Source of the DNA: Macrostomum lignano
Lineage: Eukaryota
Direction of reading: 5' to 3'
DNA: 64,000 nt
Assembly (NCBI GenBank): GCA_002269645.1
Contig: NIVC01001344.1
Location: forward strand, 1 to 64,000
Shown here: piece after piece, positions 27,989-42,836 of the stretch
Layout: each line of letters starts with the position of its first letter
Numbering within the stretch: the stretch's first letter is position 1
Translations under genes and position numbers: made by a program
Notes under the pieces: generated by a model
Told to the model about the DNA's origin: nothing
Database searches by the model: none
The model's input: the letters and a program-made list of their open reading frames with translations, nothing else

Positions 27989-29944
27989 TTGCGCTCTCTT
28001 GTCAGCTGTCTTAATCTATATTAACTTCTTTTATGCTTAGTCTGGCACTCTATATGCTACAGCTAGTAAGTTGCTTGAGTTTAACAATAAAAGTGTATAT
28101 ACGAGCTATTATTGTCATTTTAACTGACGTTGACATATTTTTTATTATTATTTGCTTTGTAATCATATGACCAGGATTATCATTGTTGCTTAGTTTGGTT
28201 AAAATTTATCAAACGACGGTCAGAATTATAATAGTTGTACGCTCGTATGTACACTAGTATTATACGAGCGTAGTAAGAAACTTTCGTTTTTAGTCAACTA
28301 TTTCATGCTTAATGTTGCTGAAAACTATTATTGTATCTGTACTATTAAACGTATAGTACTCGTAATGTTGAAATAACTGTTGGTGGTCTTAAAAGCCAAG
28401 CATTTTCATTTTGTTTCAAAATTTTGAGACGATTTATGCCTGCTTTAGGAATTTAACCGCTAAAATTGCTTGAAATTTTATTGCTTGGGACTGCTAGCTG
28501 TTACAATCAATTCGGTTTGTAAAAATATACTGCTTTTCAATGCGAAATAAAAGTCAATTAAGTGTTGACTAACTTGTTCATGTCTATTGCTACCAAGCTT
28601 CATAGTTTCGTTGTTTTTTATGTATATTTCATGTCTTATATTTCATAAAACAAGCTTGGTGACCGAATCTAAGTAGCGCAATATGACTAGCAGTTGACTA
28701 GCAGTTGATTAATATTACTTTACATACATACATGCGGGAGGCAATGTGCAAATTAATACTTATACTGCTTCGTAAGCGGTAGTAAACGGAAAACTCGTGT
28801 TTAAGCTACTCTAAAGATGCTTTGCTGACGACTTCTTCATCTCCCGAAACTCTAATTACTTTTGTTCTTGATTAACAAAAAATATTAAATATTAGCTTAC
28901 ATTTGCAGCTATCAATAACTTTAGAAACAAGGATATTTGATTTTTTTAATGAAATATAAAAGTGAGGTACAAATCGTCTGTTTCAAGACGCCAGTTTCGA
29001 AAAAATGTAAAACGTCCCTCAATTATTATTACTATTATTGATAAAACTAGGATAGCTTATTAAGACCTTAAGCCGTCTGATTTATCACATCGAGACGTTA
29101 CATGTACGTTTACTATTCGTCTAATAGAACAGTTGTAGTTCGCGTAGAACTTCAGTTATTTTATTTTTACACATTAAATTCCGTTAATCAGCTAAAACAA
29201 TATGCAAGATATGATTATGTGAATGTCTGTTACTCATAATGTGATCGATATTTAGCACATTTAGTTTATTCGTTCGTAAATAATCGTTTCAAGTTAAACA
29301 ATACAACAAATCTGATATTATATATACACATGTACATAAACAAGCACCAAAACTTTAAAAAAATTGAAAAAAAAAATTTTTTTTTATTTTCAAACTAAAC
29401 TCATACGGTATTTTTTAAAATAAAATAATCAGCTGATTGATAATGCTGCGATTCAAAAAGTTATATGAAAACGGAATTATATATCATCAAAGAAGAGTAT
29501 AGACTAGAGTCAAAATCTAGCGAAAATCCGGTACTCGATCTTAATTGGGAGCAAAAAATACTACAAATAAAATAATAAATTATTATACTTCTATTTTCTG
29601 ACTTAACTTTTTGAAAAGCTTTAGTAAGCTAATCCTAAGATCTGGATCAAGTTACAGCCTACGTCTATAGTCTATACTCTATAGATCTGCTTGACTGATA
29701 TTTGTAAAATTTTATTTCGGTCAACTATAGCCCCTACTGAATGTTACGAATCTACATCTTACAAAATGACGTTTACTTTTCATTTTCACTATCCTTCTTA
29801 TAGCCAGAGCTAGGCTTAGCTAGATAGCTTGATTAGTGGTTTATCACATTTATCCCAAAATAGTAAGATGGCCCACTGACGACAGTTAATATAAAATTAG
29901 TTGAATTACCGAATACTGCGAATAGTCGCTCTTCATATCATATA

Positions 29945-33011
<3,067 letters not shown>

Positions 33012-33029
33012 ACTGCGCAACTGACAGCC

Positions 33030-33480
33030 GTGACACCCACTGAAGGGGTAGTGAAACCCGCTAAAAAGGGTTGTGATGACACCAACTGAAAGGGGCAGTG
33101 ACACCCACTGAAGGGGTAGTGACACCCACTGAAGGGATAGTGACACCCACTAAAGGGGTAGTGACACCACTAAAAGGGTAGTGACACCCACTGAAGGGGT
33201 AGTGACACCTACTAAAGGGGTAGTGACACCACTAAAAGGGTAGTGACACCCACTGAAGGGGCAGTGACACCTACTAAAGGGGTAGTGACACCCACTAAAG
33301 GGGTAGTAACACTACTAAAAGGGTAGTGACACCCACTGAAGGGGTAGTGACACCTACTAAAGGGGTAGTGACACCCACTAAAAGGGTAGTGACACCCACT
33401 GAAGGGGTAGTGACACCCACTGAAGTGATAGTGACACCCACTGAAGGGGTAGTGACACCCATTGAAGGGGTAGGTAGTGA
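33030..33480. repeat. 21-bp minisatellite (GTGACACCCACTGAAGGGGTA) just 3' of the AMMECR1 stop
   Basis: Visible tandem array. Confidence 0.95.
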
Positions 33481-33959
33481 CATCTTAATCTGAGTGATAC
33501 CCATTTATCTATTAATGTAACTTGAATGGACAGTGGCTGCAGAACTCACACAGGAGCAATTTTAAACTCGCTTTTCAATCATTATACGTCGCTTTCTCTC
33601 CCCGTTACTGTCAGTAGCAAAGTGTGCGCTTGTACATCTTATAAAAGCAAATATAGGCCTATACGAGCTAGTAGTTTCCGAGAATTGTAATAATTATTTT
33701 AATGGTATATTTTCTGTTTTAATAAGATGATATATTTGGAAATTGGAATTAATCCAGTCGTGTTTATTTATATTACTTATATTTATATTGATGTATGATG
33801 TCTTCAACCTGTACAATAGTGAACATAGTGGTTATCAGGTATATCGATCAAGCTTTCCGTACATATCCCTATTTTTCTTAATTTGCTGTCGTAAAAATTC
33901 AACATCACAAAATAGCTTACTATACATGTTTTTCTAGCTATAATAATAATTCACTTTTA

Positions 33960-35475
33960 TTCGCTTGGTGGGGATTTTGTTAGCTTCGTGTGGATTTTAT
34001 TGGCTTGGTGGGGATTTATTTGGCTCAGTGAGGAATTTATTCGCTTGGTGGGGATTTTATTGGCTTGGTGGGGATTTTATTGGCTTGGTGGGGATTTATT
34101 TGGCTCAGTGAGGAATTTATTGGCTCAGTGAGGAATTTATTGGCTCAGTGAGGAATTTATTGGCTCAGTGAGGAATTTATTGGCTCAGTGAGGAATTTAT
34201 TAGCTCAGTGAGGAATTTATTGGCTCAGTGAGGAATTTATTGGCTCAGTGAGGAATTTATTGGCTCAGTGAGGAATTTATTGGCTTGGTGGGGATTTTAT
34301 TGGCTCAGTGGGGAATTTATTGGCTTGGTGGGGATTTATTTGGCTCAGTGAGGAATTTATTGGCTTGGTGGGGATTTTATTGGCTCAGTGGGGAATTTAT
34401 TGGCTTGGTGGGGATTTATTTGGCTCAGTGAGGAATTTATTGGCTTGGTGGGGATTTTATTGGCTCAGTGGGGAATTTATTGGCTTGGTGGGGATTTTAT
34501 TGGCTCAGTGAGGAATTTATTGGCTCAGTGAGGAATTTATTGGCTCAGTGAGGAATTTATTGGCTCAGTGAGGAATTTATTAGCTCAGTGAGGAATTTAT
34601 TCGCTTGGTGGGGATTTTATTGGCTTGGTGGGGATTTTATTGGCTTGGTGGGGATTTTATTGGCTCAGTGAGGAATTTATTGGCTCAGTGAGGAATTTTT
34701 TGGCTTGGTGGGGATTTTATTGGCTTGGTGGGGATTTTATTGGCTTAGTGAGGAATTTATTGGCTTGGTTGGGATTTTATTGGCTCAGTGAGGAATTTAT
34801 TGGCTCAGTGAGGAATTTATTGGCTCAGTGAGGAATTTATTGGCTCAGTGAGGAATTTATTGGCTCAGTGAGGAATTTATTGGCTCAGTGAGGAATTTAT
34901 TGGCTCAGTGAGGAATTTATTAGCTCAGTGAGGAATTTATTGGCTCAGTGAGGAATTTATTGGCTCAGTGAGGAATTTATTGGCTCAGTGAGGAATTTAT
35001 TGGCTCAGTGAGGAATTTATTGGCTTGGTGGGGATTTTATTGGTACAGTGAGGAATTTATTGGCTCAGTGAGGAATTTATTGGCTCAGTGAGGAATTTAT
35101 TGGCTTGGTGGGGATTTTATTGGCTCAGTGAGGAATTTATTGGCTCAGTGAGGAATTTATTGGCTCAGTGAGGAATTTATTGGCTCAGTGAGGAATTTAT
35201 TGGCTCAGTGAGGAATTTATTAGCTCAGTGAGGAATTTATTGGCTCAGTGAGGAATTTATTGGCTCAGTGAGGAATTTATTGGCTCAGTGAGGAATTTAT
35301 TGGCTCAGTGAGGAATTTATTGGCTCAGTGAGGAATTTATTGGCTCTGTGAGGAATTTATTGGCTTGGTGGGGATTTTATTGGTACAGTGAGGAATTTAT
35401 TGGCTTGGTGGGGATTTTATTGGTACAGTGGGGAATTTATTGGCTTGGTGGGGATTCTATTGGCTTAGTGAGGAT
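33960..35475. repeat. 20-bp minisatellite (TGGCTCAGTGAGGAATTTAT / TGGCTTGGTGGGGATTTTAT)
   Basis: Visible array with two interleaved variants. Confidence 0.97.
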
Positions 35476-35591
35476 TTTTGGTTGTTGATTGCGGTTTTCC
35501 CAAACAGAAAAAAATAAAATAAATGTTTAACCAATACGTGCTACTAAAGTGTGATTCTCTGAAATGTTCTCGTAAGTTATTTCTTTGCACT

Positions 35592-35655
35592 ACTAATAGG
35601 CTGGCGAAGATTTATTGTATAGAAATAGAGCCATAGTTACTCGCGCCGACTACCC
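35592..35655 (-). pseudogene. Second, more decayed fragment resembling the same 28S rRNA segment
   Basis: AGAGCCATAGTTACTCGCGCCGACTACCC matches the reverse complement of 28S (AGAGTCATAGTTACTCCCGCCGTTTACCC) at 25/29. The upstream ACTAATAGGCTGGCGAAGATTT resembles ACTAATTAGATGACGAGGCATTT at the expected spacing. Confidence 0.5.
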
Positions 35656-36114
35656 ATACTATAAGGCGTTTGGTGTTGACAAATGGAGTAAAGAATGCAA
35701 TATCTACTATCTATTACAAAACGCGCTTCGTTTCCCCTTTTGTGCAGTGCCGTTCAGTCTTTGTTTTATCAGCTAAAAATATTTATTATTGTTTTTTTTC
35801 GCTTTCTATTGTGCTTGTGCTTTTCACTGATTTTTTAGGTCTTATCTACTGTAAAATTAATAAAGATTATCTGTAATTTCATACTATTAAATTACCTGCT
35901 TGCTTGTATATACGTGTGAAATGATATATCTTGGTATAATTGATTAACTGAGATCATAAATATAGCAAGAATTATCCTATCTGTGTGTAAATCTGCGAAA
36001 GTTTCTTCTAATATGCGGTGGACTTTCTGCAACTTTTTGGCTCTGTCTTTCTGTTAAAGCAATTGAGTTTTTTTACTATCTATCCGAGTTTTGAGGGGCT
36101 CTCGCTCGTCTCTG

Positions 36115-36450
36115 GGTTTCTTGGCATAGAGGGGCGGATCCTCTGGGTGTCTCGGCATAGAGGGGCGGATCCTCTGGGTGTCTCGGCATATTGGGGCGGA
36201 TCCTCTGGGTGTCTCGGCATAGAGGGGCGGATCCTCTGGGTGTCTCGGCATAGAGGGGCGGATCCTCTGGGTGTCTCGGCATAGAGGGGCGGATCCTCTG
36301 GGTGTCTCGGCATAGAGGGGCGGATCCTCTGGGTGTCTCGGCATAGAGGGGCGGATCCTCTGGGTGTCTCGGCATAGAGGGGCGGATCCTCTGGGTGTCT
36401 CGGCATAGAGGGGCGGATCCTCTGGGTGTCTCGGCATAGAGGGGCGGGTC
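36115..36450. repeat. 31-bp minisatellite (CTCGGCATAGAGGGGCGGATCCTCTGGGTGT)
   Basis: About 10 near-identical copies. Confidence 0.97.
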
Positions 36451-36984
36451 CTCTCGTCAATTTATTATTTTTTTATTACACTTGTACATGCATGGATGAG
36501 AATATATATAAAAAGATGGTTAGTTCATTATTCATACTACATAATAGTTTCAATACATCAATTAGATTATCCACCGTAGTTTTTGAAAATTCAGGTTTAG
36601 TGTCTAAGTGAGAGTCCTGTTCATTATAGGGCCGAAATAATATTTATGGCTAAGTAATTACGAAGTAGAATCAATTAAATTTCTAGAAACTCGTAATAAT
36701 AGTTTGGTTGTTGCGGTTGCCCTGCTGGATAATTTTTTCTGCCACTGTAGCTATGAGTAACAATTTTCGCACCTCTGCCTGCTGCTGCGCTGATAATGGC
36801 GCCAATTAATTTTGTTGCTGTGCGCCTCTTCTAGTCTCTAGCTGGCTGGTAATAAAGTTAATTGCGCCTGCCGCCGCCTGTTATCGATGACTCATCACTT
36901 TCGCCCAGCCTTATCACTAACAGGCGCGTGGCCAACTCTCTCCCCCGCCAAACCCCTACCCGAGGCCGCGGAACTCTCCGACGC

Positions 36985-37075
36985 CTCTGATTGGCTGAGG
37001 CTGACCATCCCCCAATTTTAACGGCGCTAATTGGCCCGCCTCTCAGACCCCCTCTGTGCTGAACATATAAGACAG
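36985..37075 (+). promoter_or_regulatory. Possible nanos proximal promoter (inverted CCAAT and a TATA-like CATATAAG in a GC-richer island)
   Basis: CTGATTGGCTG near 36988 and CATATAAGAC near 37064, about 190 nt upstream of the ATG. Motif presence only. Confidence 0.3.
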
Positions 37076-37251
37076 TGCGCTTGAAGCTCTTTGTCTTATC
37101 ATAATAGTTGAATTAAAACGAAGTAGAGTGCGATTTTTCGTGCATATTAACTTAACAGTTTCAGCCTTGCTTTGGAATTTTCAAATCGATCTGTCCAAAA
37201 CAAATACGGTTAGCTCACAATAGTTATATCTATCTACATATTAAGAGAACA

Positions 37252-40200
37252 ATGCAAGGGTACCAACAGCTGTCATCGACTGAACACCACGCCGCCTGGG
37301 GCGCCTGGTCCACTGGCATGATGCAGCAACAGCAGCAACACAGGGACGCCAAGTTGGCGCCGTTCGAGTCTGCAGCTAGTGTTGCTTCGTGGAGCCGCGA
37401 CCGCGACACCTCGGTCTCCAATCAGCAGCTACCCGCTTCATCGACTGCCAACACCAATGCTAGCTGTAACAAGCCAGCCAGACCGATAAGTCTGCTATCG
37501 CCGAGTGCTCCCTCGTTTAATTGCAACTATCAGCAGAGTTCGCTAATGCAGCTAGGTGAGATATTAGCGTGTGTTTCTCATGGTCCATGGTGGATCCAGG
37601 CGGGGTCAAGGGGTCAGTCAAAGGGAGAGACAGAACTTTTCTACGTTGGCGGATCCAAGGGTGGGGGTCAAGGGCCAAGAGTTTATTCTCCTGTCTTCTC
37701 GATACGCATGTATAGCAGTATCTCTCGACCCTAGGAGTTAACCCACACAGTCTCATATCTGCAGCTTCAGTCTCAGTCTTCCTGTCTCTCCCTTTGATGC
37801 CATCTTTAGCCTGTCACTCCCCTGTATTGCCTGTCCCTTCCCTGTATAGCCTGTCACTCCCCTGTATTGCCTGTCCCTTCCCTGTATAGCCTGTCACTCC
37901 CATGTATAGCCTGTCACTCCCATGTATAGCCTGTCACTCCTCTGTATAGCCTGTCCCTCCCCTGTATAGCCTGTCACTCCCGTGTATAGCCTGTCACTCC
38001 CATGTATAGCCTGTCACTCCCATGTATAGCCTGTCACTCCCATGTATAGCCTGTCACTCCTCTGTATAGCCTGTCACTCCCATGTAGCCTGTATAGCCTG
38101 TCACTTCTCTGTATAGTCTCATGTCTCCCCCTGTAGTCTCATGTCTCTCTCCCTGTAGCCTCATGTCTCCCCCCTGTAGCCTCATGTCTCCCCCCTGTAG
38201 CCTCATGTCTCCCCCCTGTAGCCTCATGTCTCCCCCCTCTAGCCTCATGTCCCCCCCCCTGTAGCCTCATGTCTCTCCCCTGTAGTCTCATGTCTCTCCC
38301 CTGTAGTCTCATGTCTCTCCCCTGTAGTCTCATGTCTCTCCACTGTAGTCTCATGTCTCTCCCCCTGTAGCCTCATGTCTCCCCCTGTAGTCTCATGTCT
38401 CTCCACTGTAGTCTCATGTCTCTCCCCCTGTAGTCTCATGTCTCTCCCTGTAGCCTCATGTCTCCCCCCTCTAGCCTCATGTCTCTCCCTGTAGCCTCAT
38501 GTCTCCCCCCTGTAGCCTCATGTCTCCCCCTGTAGCCTCATGTCTCCCCCTGTAGTCTCATGTCTCTCCACTGTAGTCTCATGTCTCTCCCCCTGTAGTC
38601 TCATGTCTCTCTCCCTGTAGCCTCATGTCTCCCCCCTCTAGCCTCATGTCTCCCCCCTGTAGCCTCATGTCTCTCCACTGTAGTCTCATGTCTCTCCCCC
38701 TGTAGCCTCATGTCTCCCCCTGTAGTCTCATGTCTCTCCACTGTAGTCTCATGTCTCTCCCCCTGTAGCCTCATGTCTCCCCCTGTAGCCCCGTGTCTCT
38801 CCCCCTCCTCTCCCCCTGTATAGCCCCTGTACTTCCCTCACCAATGAAGCTATTTACGTTACATATCACCATACTGCAGGCTCCTCCAAGCACTCGTCCA
38901 CGGCCGGTACCTGCACTCTGCAGCACCACCAGCTCTATGGGGACCAGCCGCATCAGCCAGGCGCAGGTCTGGACTCCAGCCTGGCCTATTTGCAAGTCGG
39001 CGAGCACGAATACCTGCACATGCAGCAGCCGGTGGCTCCGGTCGGAAAGCAGCAGCAGCAGCAGAACAAACCGGGCATCGCTCACGAGATTGACAAGTGG
39101 ATCGCTTCCGTTACCTGCAGCGCTCCCATTCCCGGACCGGGCGTGGGCGCCCCGGGGCCCAACCAGATCGCCATAGACAAGGGCACCCTGCTCAACTTTC
39201 TCACCAGGCTGAAGATGCACTACCAGAAGAAGCGAGAGATGCGTATTGAACTGTGCGTGTTCTGCAGGCAAAATCAGGAGCCATTTCACGTGTACACCAG
39301 TCACCGGCTGACTGACGCGTTCGGAAATGTCACCTGTCCTGTGCTGTTCCAGTGAGTGCAGATTTTTTAATTGCGATTTTATAAGGGCGGTAATTCATAG
39401 ATAAGGCTAAGCGGTAAATCACAAAAATTACTATAAACCTTAAGCCAAGCCATAAACCCCCCAGCTCCCCAACCATAGGACTCGAACAGTCATTAACACC
39501 CAAGCCAGACCATCAACACCTAAACCACAAACCCCAAGCCAAGTAATAAACCAATCGATAATTCAAGCTTTAAACCCATCAAATTAAGCCATAAACCTTA
39601 AAGCATAACCATAAACTACAAACCAAATTGAAACCGTAAAAAGGCTATGAATTTTAAGATGAACAATAAACTCACTATTCAAGCTATATTATTGCCCCGA
39701 ACCACAACAGCAAAAATCAAGCCAAGCAAACGCATCAAATTTGGGGGAAAGTCGGGATAAACCAGTCCGAGTGAACCATCAACCCATCATACTGAGCCAT
39801 CAACCCATCAGACTGAGCCATCAACCCATCAGACTGAGCCATCAACCCATCAGACTGAGCCATCAACCCATCAGACTGAGCCATCAACCCATCAGACTGA
39901 GCCATCAACCCATCAGACTGAGCCATCAACCCATCAGACTGAGCCATCAACCCATCAGACTGAGCCATCAACCCATCAGACTGAGCCATCAACCCATCAG
40001 ACTGAGCCATCAACCCATCAGACTGAGCCATCAACCCATCAGACTGAGCCATCAACCCATCAGACTGAGCCATCAACCCATCAGACTGAGCCATCAACCC
40101 ATCAGACTGAGCCATCAACCCATCAGACTGAGCCATCAACCCATCAGACTGAGCCATCAACCCATCAGACTGGGCCAGAAACCAACCAGACTGAGCCATA

Positions 40201-40842
40201 AACCAACCAGACTGAGCAATAAACAAACCAGACTGAGCCATAAACAAACCAGACTGAGCCATAAACCAATCAGACTGAGCCATAAACCAATCAGACTGAG
40301 CCATAAACCAATCAGACTGAGCCATAAACCAACCAGACTGAGCCATAAACCAACCAGACTGAGCCATAAACCAACCAGACTGAGCCATAAACAAACCAGA
40401 CTGAGCCATAAACAAACCAGACAGCCATAAATCAATCAAGCTGAGCCATAAACCCTCAAGCCAGACAAAAAAGCCATCAAAGTACTACAGAAACCCACAA
40501 TAAGCGATCTAAATGGCTCTAGCCATAATTAATCCCTATAAAATGGAGTTGTAAACCTATTAAAATTGGTAGGCCAATCAATTAGTCAGTCAATCCCGAC
40601 TCAGTTATTCTCAAAGCGCCAAGCCACCCACCGCCCCCGACCCGAGCAGGTACGCCTGTCCGATCTGCGGTGCCACCGGCAACAAGGCGCACACAATCAA
40701 ATACTGTCCCCATGGCAACGGCAACCATCAGTCGGGCGAGCAGCTGATTGATCAGCAGCCCCCGCCGCCGCAGCTGGGCAGTCTGCAGGTGTCTCGCATC
40801 GCCGGAGCCCGGAGCTCGATGAGCATTAGCCGTCGAGGCTGA
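37252..40842 (+). CDS. nanos: Nanos RNA-binding protein; exons 37252-37555, 38880-39351, 40650-40842
   Basis: The spliced product gives tandem CCHC fingers CVFCRQNQE...[39 protein letters not shown]. Phases 1 and 2 join correctly. Confidence 0.93.
37805..38830. repeat. Two abutting minisatellites in nanos intron 1: 20-bp GTATAGCCTGTCACTCCCAT, then ~21-bp CTGTAGCCTCATGTCTCCCCC
   Basis: Visible. The switch occurs near 38110. Confidence 0.93.
39770..40450. repeat. 21-bp minisatellite (CCATCAACCCATCAGACTGAG), nanos intron 2
   Basis: Visible. It explains the MAQSDGL and HQPIRLS ORFs. Confidence 0.97.
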
Positions 40843-41084
40843 CTGTCTAGCAGCATCGGTGAGATTTGCCGTCTTTGACTGTGTCGGTTTTTATGATTTT
40901 AATATCTAGCCATTGCAAGCTCAGCTAATTAGATGCGTCAATCAAGTGTCAATCAAGTTGAAACATTTTTTCTTCGTTTACTTGTAAATTTCAAACTATA
41001 ATAATTTGTACTTTTGTACAGAGAAGTGAATCGCGAGCATGATTTTCAACGTTCTTAGTATTCCAATTGACGACAAGTCTCGAA

Positions 41085-41500
41085 ACCCATTTTCCTCGAA
41101 ACCCGGAAACCCACTTTTCTAGAAACCTGGAAACCCACTTTCCTAGAAAACCGGAAACCCGCTTTCCTAGAAACTTGGAAGCTCAGTTTCTTAGAAGCAC
41201 AGAAATCTATTTTCTTAGAAACCCGGAAACCCACTTTCCTAGAAAACCGGAAACCCGCTTTCCTAGAAACCTGGAAGCTCAGTTTCTTAGAAGCACAGAA
41301 ATCTATTTTCTTAGAAACCCGGAACCACTTTCCTAGAAACCCGGAAGCTCAGTTTCCTAGAAACATAAAAATCCAATTTAGAAATCGTATTTCCTAGAAA
41401 TACAGAAACCGGGAAACCCCCTTTTTTGAGAAGCACATGGAAACCCACTTTCCTTGAGAAACAACAGAAACCCACTTTCACAAAACCAGAAAAATCTGCT
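41085..41500. repeat. ~24-bp degenerate repeat (TTTCCTAGAAACCCGGAAACCCAC) with a 96-bp higher-order unit
   Basis: Four different 24-mers recur as a block, about twice. Confidence 0.8.
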
Positions 41501-42836
41501 ACCAGTTCGGAAATGATAAAACATGCTCTGAAGCATCCGAGATTTTTTTGCGATTCACTGAGTAATATTGCTGCCCGAAATTATGTCCACCTGTCTGTTA
41601 AGCCTATAACCATATTGCGCACGTTGTTTTGATGATATATTTTCCTTTTTATTTCTGTGTTTGCTCACTGCGCTCATTTTCTAATACTTAGCTGTTAATT
41701 TTGAGTTGAAATTTGGTTTTACTGGCTAATTCTCTATGCTGCAGTTTATTGTAAGCTAATTTAGTTAATAAAATTAATTTTTATTACAACATTTCCTGCT
41801 ACTGTAATAAATAGTGCTATAAAATTAATTGTGGAACTACTAATCTGCGTTTAAATCATCTAAATCCAGAACTATTGGCTACAATCCAATTGGGTTATTA
41901 ATGCTTGGCTAGTGTGTCCGCTGCTAATAATTAATTATAACTGTGCAGTCTGTGTCGCATTCTCTATTTAGCATGCAAAAAACAGTAACTTTTCTGTGTG
42001 GATTAATATTTGTTTAAATTTCTATCATTTCAGTGTTTTGCTTTTTATAATTTCTTGCATTAAAAACTTTTGCACATGCCTGCATCTCTTAACGGCCAAC
42101 GCATTTAGCTGTACAGAATTTTTTTGCTCCTAAGACTTTATTTGTTATTTCGTCGTGTTTAAACTTTCCATTTCTGCTTTTTTGATTAACATTTCAATTT
42201 GTAAATTTTATTTCTTGAACAATTATTAATATTCAGAATCGGAAGAATTGCTTTGATTCGTATTGTAATAAATAATAAAAAATAACAAAAGAACGGCATC
42301 TTTGTTTTAAGGTTTAAATACCACCATAAAATTATTTTTTAAAGCTGTTTTATTTGATAATAAAAATGTAAGAATAAGACGAAAAAGTACGAGAAAATAG
42401 TTTCTTTGCATAAGCACAATCCATTACTCTTTATACGTCTGTGCAACAACAGTAAATATCTAATAGCAGAAATTATCGAAGCCATATGGATTAACTTCAA
42501 CGCAATCGATTGTGTGACATCGCATTCTTATTAATATTTTGAAGAAGCACGGCAAATTATAGGATTTAAAAAGTGCAAGTCGAGAAATTTTGTTTTGTGG
42601 CTTGAAAGTTAAATTTGTTATTTTTAACTTCTAAACGATATTCTAATCATATCAAGTCGAGACTTGCATGTACTCAAGTTTACTCTGCTTGATTTTGATT
42701 GGCTGACACTGGTGCCACTCCTACTCCCCTACCCCTGTATAGACAACCACCTCACACCACACACACCAGCCAACCAATAGCGTCGGCCCAATTAAAACCG
42801 TCCTCTCAGAAAAGTCCAATCAGAATTGCTGTTGCT

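Noticed and set aside
40843-41850. Pumilio-binding elements in the nanos 3' region
   Set aside because: Only imperfect TGTA-N-A matches occur in AT-rich sequence, at a level expected by chance.
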